Shown in pieces: positions 57,363-64,000 of a DNA stretch of 64,000 bases; the stretch's first letter is position 1; the number at the start of each line of letters is the position of its first letter. A program made the position numbers and the translations under genes. The notes beneath the pieces are model-generated. The model was not told the origin of the DNA, made no database searches, and saw only the letters and a program-made list of their open reading frames with translations. The stretch comes from Steroidobacteraceae bacterium (GTDB lineage Bacteria > Pseudomonadota > Gammaproteobacteria > Steroidobacterales > Steroidobacteraceae), in the NCBI GenBank assembly GCA_019634895.1, contig JAHCAM010000008.1, positions 4,785-68,784 of the forward strand, written 5' to 3'.

Positions 57363-60173
57363 TCACCCGCCGGCCCTCACCATCAATTCCCTGGCCCTGG
57401 ACCGGCCGGCGAACTCCGCGCTGCCATCGAGCAGTCTCGACAGGACCGCGCGCGCTTCGTCCCTCTGGCCTGCGTCCAGCAGGGCCTCTGCCAGGTGGAG
57501 CTGGATCTCGGGCTCCTGCGGCGCCAGGGCCGCGGCCTCGCGCAGCAGCCGCACGCCCTCTTCCAGGGCCCCTTTGCTGTGCAAAATCCAGCCCAGTGTA
57601 TCGGCAATCGCGGCATTTGTCGGGGCGAGACGGTACGCCTCCCGCGCCAGCGTTTCGGCCCGCGCATCCCCCTTCTTCTGGTACAGCACGGCCAGGTTGT
57701 TCGACATAACCGCATCGGGCTGGCCGGCGGCGAGCACGCGCTCGTACTCGCGGATCGCGGCCTCCGCCTGGCCGGCCTGGTCGAGCAGGATCGCGTACAT
57801 GGCCCTCGCCGGCAGGTCGTCCGGCCGGGTCCGCAGCCATTCCTGCAGCGGCGCGACCGCGTCGCGGCGCCCGGCCAGCTGGCGCGACTGCGCGAGCCGC
57901 ACCGTGGCGGCGAGTCCGGGCTGCAGCCGTGCGGACTGCTCGAAGGCCGCCGCCGCCAGCGCGTGCTGGCCGAGCGTCGAGCGCGTGTCGCCCTCGAGCA
58001 TGGCGGCGGCCGCGTCCTGCGGCAGGCGCCGGCGCAGCTCCAGCACGCGCGCGAGCGCGGCATCCCTGCGGCCCTCGGCGATGTCGAGCATGACCGCAAG
58101 CGCCACCGCGTCCACGTGCTGCGGGTCCAGCGCCAGCGCGCGCTCCACCGACTCCCGCGCGGCCGGCTGGTAGCCGAGCGCGCCCTGCGCGCGGGCCATG
58201 CGGATCCAGTGCTCGGCCTGGCGCGGCTCCAGGTCCGCGGCCTTGCGGTAGTACCCGAGCGCCTGCTCGTGGTTCGCGAAGTCGCGTTGCAGGTCCCCGG
58301 CCGCCACCAGCATGTCGGCGCGGCCGGGCGCCGCGGCCAGTGCGTCGGCCAGCGCTTTCGAGGCCTTGGCCGCTTCCTTGCCCTGCAGGTACAGCCGCGC
58401 CAGCAGCAGCCTCGACGCCACCGCGCGGGCGTCGTCCATGCGGATCTCCTCCAGCAGGCGCCGCGCCTCGGCGGAGTCGCCCTTGCGGCTCGCGACCTCG
58501 GCCAGCGCGATGCGCGCGTCCGCGTCGCCGGACTGGCGCGTCAATGCCCGCCGCAGCAGCGCTTCCGCGGCATCGAGTTCGCCGGCGGCGAGGCGCGCGC
58601 GGCCCACGTTGACGAGGGTGGCGGCGTCGTCGGGCCGGACCGCCAGGGCCTTGTCGAGGAGCGCGATCGCTGCGGCCGGGTCGCCGAACGACAGCAGGAA
58701 TCCCGCCGCCAGGTTCAGCCGTTCGGGATCGTCCGGGAACGCGCGCACCATGCGCTCGATCTCGGCGCGCGCCGCCGCCTGGCCCTGCGAGTCGGCGAGC
58801 GCGCGCACCAGCAGGAACTCGCGCCGCGCATCCTCGGCGCTGGCGGTCATGCCGCGCAGCAGTTCGGCGGCCTTGCCCGGCTCTCCGGCATTGATGTACA
58901 GGCCGGCCAGGTCGAGCCGCGCCATGCGGTTGGCGGGCTCGCGGGCGACGGCCTGCTCGAGTTGCGGAATCGCGGAGGCGTCCACGCCGGCGCCGAGCTG
59001 GGCGGCGCCCAACAGTGCGATGGCGCGCGAATCGGCCAGTCCGCCCTCCAGCGACGATCCCAGCAGGTCGATGGCCGATTCCGGCCGGTTCATCCGCAGC
59101 CGCACTTCCGCCAGGCGCTTGCGCGCCTCGATGTTGTCGGGAACGGCCTGGACTACGGCCGCCAGATGGCGCTCGGCCTGGTACAGGCTGCCCTGCGCCA
59201 GCAGCGCGCTGCCCAGCAGGAACCGCGCAGGCACGAACTGCGGCAGGTCGTTGGTCAGGGAAGTGAGGCCGACGATCGCGCTCTGCAGCTCCCCCTTGCC
59301 GAGGTCCACGCGCGCGCGATAGAGCCGCGTGATCGGCACGTTGGGCGCGCGCTGCTGCAGCTCCCCCAGGGCCTGGGCCGCGCGCTCGAGGTCGTCGGCC
59401 GCGAGGCGCGCCTCGATCTGGCCGGCGATGGCCTGCATCTGCATGGTTTCGTCGAGCCTGCCCTTCGCGTGCTCCAGTGCGCGGCCCAGGGATTCGTCGG
59501 CGTCCACCGGACGCCCGAGCTGAAGCTGCAGGCTGCCGCGCGACAGCCACGCCAGCGCGGCGCTCGGGTCGTCGTTCGTGATCTCGGCGAGCAGCGCCAG
59601 CGCCGCGCTGACGTCGCCCTGCGCCGCCAGCGCTTCGGCGACCCCGACCCTGGCTTCGACGAGGCCGGGCGCGGCCTGCAGCGCGGACTGGTATGCGGCA
59701 TGCGCCTGCGCCGGCTGGCGCAGGTTCATCAGCGCCCGGCCGCGATACAGCGACCGCTGCGGCTCCGGCAGCGCCACTTCGCCCGCCTCGAGCTGCGTCA
59801 GCAGCACTTCCGCGCGTCCCAGCGCGATCTGGATCTTCGCCTTCAGCAGCATGGCCGCCTGCGGGTCGGCGCCGGCTTCCAGCGCGCGTTGCAGGTCCGC
59901 ATCCGCCGCGGCGACGTCGCCGCTGGCGTACTCGGCCTCCGCCAGCAGCAGGCGCGCCTGCGCATGCCCCGGCTCGTCCGCCAGCACCTTGCGCAGCTCG
60001 AACACTGCGCTGCGGTACTCGCCCGCCGCAAGGTGCGCGGACGCGCGTTCGACGCGCTGCTCCGGGCTCGTCAGCATGTCGCAGCCGGCCAGCGCCAGCA
60101 GCGCGCAGGCGCAGGCGACCGCGGCCCGCCGCCGCCAGCCCGCACCGGGATCCGGATGATTGGCGTCCATCAT
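57363..60173 (-). CDS. prsT: PEP-CTERM system TPR-repeat lipoprotein
   Basis: About 936 aa from ATG 60173; an upstream ATG at 60236 is an alternative. Lipobox LALAGC, then roughly 20 or more Ala/Leu-rich 34-aa TPR units through to the C-terminus. Confidence 0.8.
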   Translation of the reverse strand: MMDANHPDPGAGWRRRAAVACACALLALAGCDMLTSPEQRVERASAHLAAGEYRSAVFELRKVLADEPGHAQARLLLAEAEYASGDVAAADADLQRALEAGADPQAAMLLKAKIQIALGRAEVLLTQLEAGEVALPEPQRSLYRGRALMNLRQPAQAHAAYQSALQAAPGLVEARVGVAEALAAQGDVSAALALLAEITNDDPSAALAWLSRGSLQLQLGRPVDADESLGRALEHAKGRLDETMQMQAIAGQIEARLAADDLERAAQALGELQQRAPNVPITRLYRARVDLGKGELQSAIVGLTSLTNDLPQFVPARFLLGSALLAQGSLYQAERHLAAVVQAVPDNIEARKRLAEVRLRMNRPESAIDLLGSSLEGGLADSRAIALLGAAQLGAGVDASAIPQLEQAVAREPANRMARLDLAGLYINAGEPGKAAELLRGMTASAEDARREFLLVRALADSQGQAAARAEIERMVRAFPDDPERLNLAAGFLLSFGDPAAAIALLDKALAVRPDDAATLVNVGRARLAAGELDAAEALLRRALTRQSGDADARIALAEVASRKGDSAEARRLLEEIRMDDARAVASRLLLARLYLQGKEAAKASKALADALAAAPGRADMLVAAGDLQRDFANHEQALGYYRKAADLEPRQAEHWIRMARAQGALGYQPAARESVERALALDPQHVDAVALAVMLDIAEGRRDAALARVLELRRRLPQDAAAAMLEGDTRSTLGQHALAAAAFEQSARLQPGLAATVRLAQSRQLAGRRDAVAPLQEWLRTRPDDLPARAMYAILLDQAGQAEAAIREYERVLAAGQPDAVMSNNLAVLYQKKGDARAETLAREAYRLAPTNAAIADTLGWILHSKGALEEGVRLLREAAALAPQEPEIQLHLAEALLDAGQRDEARAVLSRLLDGSAEFAGRSRARELMVRAGG

Positions 60174-60189
60174 GCGTTTCACTCCCGTT

Positions 60190-61694
60190 TCACTCGCCGG
60201 TTGCCGCCGCTGCGGCCAGCAGCTGCGGCAACGCATCGGATGCGAATTGTTCCATGGCCGACCGGGCGCGGTCGCAGTCCCCGGCGCAGGGCGTGCGCAG
60301 CGCGACGATCGAGGACACCGGCGCCGTCCCCAGCGCCGCCACGCCGTACCAGAGCTGCGCCGCCAGCGGCCGCGCGAACTGCCGTCCGCCCACCTGGTAG
60401 GTCCACCACAGCAGCGCGCGACCGCCGCCCGCGTCGCGCCACTCCGCTTCGAGCACCTCGAGCGGCGGCTCGTTCATTACGCGCCTGCGGTTCCAGCCGT
60501 GAAACCGGCCGGGGCCGGCGCCCTCGACCCTGCTGTCGTGCCCGACCAGTTCCCGGCCCTGCGCCTGCCGCAGGTAGGATGCCGTGTACACCGTCACGTA
60601 GGCGTCGCCATTGGTGTACTCCACCAGCGATTCGGCGTCGGCGCCCGGGAAGACCGGCACCCAGTCGCCGCCGGCAGGCAGCGTCCGCCACTGCTGCTGG
60701 CCGGGGATCTCCAGCGCGCGCACGCCGAGGCCGGCGCCCTCCGCGTCGCCGCGGGCGAGCCACGCCGGTCCGAACACCAGCCCCGGGCCTAGCGCCATCG
60801 CCGCCGCAGCCGCCGCGGGCATGGCGGAACGGCTGCGGCGGGGCGGCGGCGCCTGGCCGGCGTCCTCGTCGCCCGCCGCTGCGCCCGCAGGCAGCCGGCG
60901 CGCGATCAGGAAGAACGCCGCCAGCACGAACGCGTACAGCACCCAGCCGAAGTTGTAATGGTCCACGCGCACCAGGTAATGCGTCATGTCGCTGACGTGG
61001 CCGGCGTAGATGATGATGAACACGCGCAGCCAGTTGCTGGCGATCGCCATGGCGCCGCCCAGCAGGATCAGCAGCAGCCGGCGCCCCGGCGTGTCTCGGT
61101 TGAGCTCGCCCAGCAGCGTCGCGATCGCCAGCCCCACGATCAGGTAGTTCAACCCGCTGCAGCCGCCGGCGATCTCGAACGTTCCCTCGGGGATGTGCAC
61201 GTACGTATCCTGGATCAGCATCGGCACGCCGGCGATGGAGCCCAGCACCTGGTTCGCCAGCACGGTCGCGGACTGCAGCGTAGGCATCAGCGCCTCCCAG
61301 ACCGGCATGGCGAAGTAGAGGAATCCCACCGGCAGCGACAGCACGCGCCCGGCGCGCAGCCCGAGCGCGCCGGCGAGCGCGCACCACAGCACCGCCGGCC
61401 AGATGACGAAATGCAGCACCTGCAGCCCCGCATTCCAGGCGATCCCCCAGGCGATGCCGCCCAGCGCCGCCAGCACCAGCATGGCCGGATTCGCCGGGCC
61501 GGCGGCAGCCGCGAGCCGCGCCCGTTCCCGCCACACCAGCCAGAGCGCAATGGCCGCGATCAGGTAGCCGTGCTGGTAGGTGCGCCGCTCCGGATGGCTC
61601 CACAGCTCCGCGAGCGCCGCGACCGACGGCCAGAACGCCGCCGTCGCGAACGCGATCAGCGCCAGCGCCACGGCCAGGGGACCGCGCGGGGCCG

Positions 61695-61698
<4 letters not shown>
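60190..61698 (-). CDS. xrtA: Exosortase A fused to an EpsI-family domain
   Basis: 502 aa from GTG 61698 (GTGA overlap with the prsR stop). Polytopic N-terminal domain with exosortase signature residues in IAGGCSGLNY, ASNWLRVF and VDHYNFGW. After an Ala/Pro linker, a soluble roughly 200-aa EpsI-like domain (aa ~300-502). Confidence 0.8.
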
Positions 61699-63067
<1,369 letters not shown>

Positions 63068-63071
<4 letters not shown>

Positions 63072-64000
63072 GCGGCGCCCTCGGCCGCGACCGCAGCCGC
63101 GAGCGGCAGGACGATGCGCATGAGCGTGCCCTTGCCGGGCTGCGACTCGACCTCGAGCCAGCCGCCGATCGAGCGGACGTATTCCCGCGCCTGGTACGCG
63201 CCGATGCCCATGCCCTTGCTGCCCTTGGTGCTGTCGAAGGGGCGGAACAGCCTTTCTCGCACGAACTCGGCGCTCATGCCCGGACCATCGTCGCGGATCT
63301 CGATGACTGCGTGGCCGTCCCTGCGGCCCGCCGACACGCGCACCTGGCCGCCGGCGCGCGCGGCGTCCTGCGCATTGCGGATCAGGTGCTCCACGACGCC
63401 GGTCAGCCGTTCGCGGTCCGCCTCCACCGCGAGCCCCGGCTCCTCGGCAGCGAGCACGGGACGGGGCTCGCGCGCGCGGCTGCGGGCGATCGCCGCCGCC
63501 AGCGTCGCCCCGAGCTCCAGGCGCTCCCGGCTCAGCGCCTCGCTGCCACGCTGCAACTGCGAGATCAGCTGCGAGATGCGCTGCACCGCGCCGGAGACCG
63601 TCGAGATCGCATCGTCGATGAACTGCGGGTTGCCGCGGTGACGCTCGGCGTTCGCGACCACCAGCTCGAGCTGGGCGGTGGCGTTCTTGAGGTCGTGCAT
63701 CATGAAGGAGGCCAGCTTGCTGAAGGCGGCGAACTGGCGCTGCTCCGCGAGCCGCTCCTCGGAGGCATGCTGCGCCAGGTGCGTCGCGACGTGGCGCGCA
63801 GCCGTCTTCAGCAGGTCGCGGTCCTCGAAGGTGAGCTGGAATCCTTCCGGCGGCTCGGCCAGCAGCAGCATGCCGATCAGCTTCGGGCCCAGCAGCACCG
63901 GCACCACCAGCCGCCAGGCGCCCTCCTGCGCCACCCACGGCGGCAGCGCGAGCAGGTCGTACAGCTCGGCATCCCGCCGCCACTCCGGCAGGTCGATGAC
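63068..64000 (-). CDS. prsK: PEP-CTERM system sensor histidine kinase, C-terminal part (5' end outside the window)
   Basis: The frame stays open to base 64000 (VIDLPEWRRDAELYDLLALPPW precedes the listed ORF). GAF-like LIGMLLLAEPP, H-box SFMMHDLKNATAQLE, and HATPase DDGPGMS, GMGIGAYQ. Confidence 0.85.

Overview
High-GC proteobacterial chromosome segment. Almost all of it is one giant, mosaic exopolysaccharide / surface-glycan biosynthesis region built around a PEP-CTERM/exosortase A (XrtA) core. I infer eight transcription units from strand and spacing. TU1 (+, 1-5917) holds a GalE-like 3' end, a GlrK/QseG/GlrR-like kinase-lipoprotein-regulator trio, and an SxtJ/SxtK(DUF5989)/carbamoyltransferase triad. 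TU2 (-, 14315-5948) holds an MBOAT-SGNH fusion, a carrier protein, a DltA-type adenylating enzyme, an acyl-CoA-dehydrogenase-like flavoenzyme, rmd, gmd and a glycosyltransferase. TU3 (+, 14764-23158) holds an AlgJ/X-like SGNH protein, a GT4, rfbACDB, a GT4 and UDP-xylose synthase. TU4 (-, 29164-23136) holds a GT4, a CapK-like ligase, AsnB and a Wzx-like flippase. TU5 (+, 29224-36031) holds a Gfo/Idh/MocA-SDR fusion, a GT4, FkbM, a decayed GT pseudogene, an SGNH protein and a second FkbM. TU6 (-) is a lone secreted protein. TU7 (+, 37348-39548) holds a DegT-type aminotransferase and a NodB deacetylase. TU8 (-, >64000-39557) is a roughly 24.5 kb run with no large gaps: PrsK, PrsR, an XrtA-EpsI fusion, PrsT, an export protein, the chain-length/tyrosine-kinase pair, an OM barrel, a deacetylase, AsnB, ACP, an acyl-CoA ligase, a NadE-like protein, GT2, GT4, a Wzy/O-antigen-ligase-like protein, an ATP-grasp protein, a mutarotase-like protein and a GT2-ADH fusion. 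I recognised no rRNA, tRNA, CRISPR array, transposase or integrase. The best candidate for an undescribed system is the TU2 head (8892-14315). It is a complete Dlt-like carrier-protein acylation pathway (DltA-like, DltC-like, and a DltB-DltD-like fusion) plus an extra ACAD-like dehydrogenase, the adenylase/carrier/dehydrogenase logic known from pyrrolyl-carrier formation. It is translationally coupled to GDP-D-rhamnose genes in a Gram-negative EPS locus. All family calls come from reading motifs in the supplied translations and from memory of family signatures; no database search was possible.
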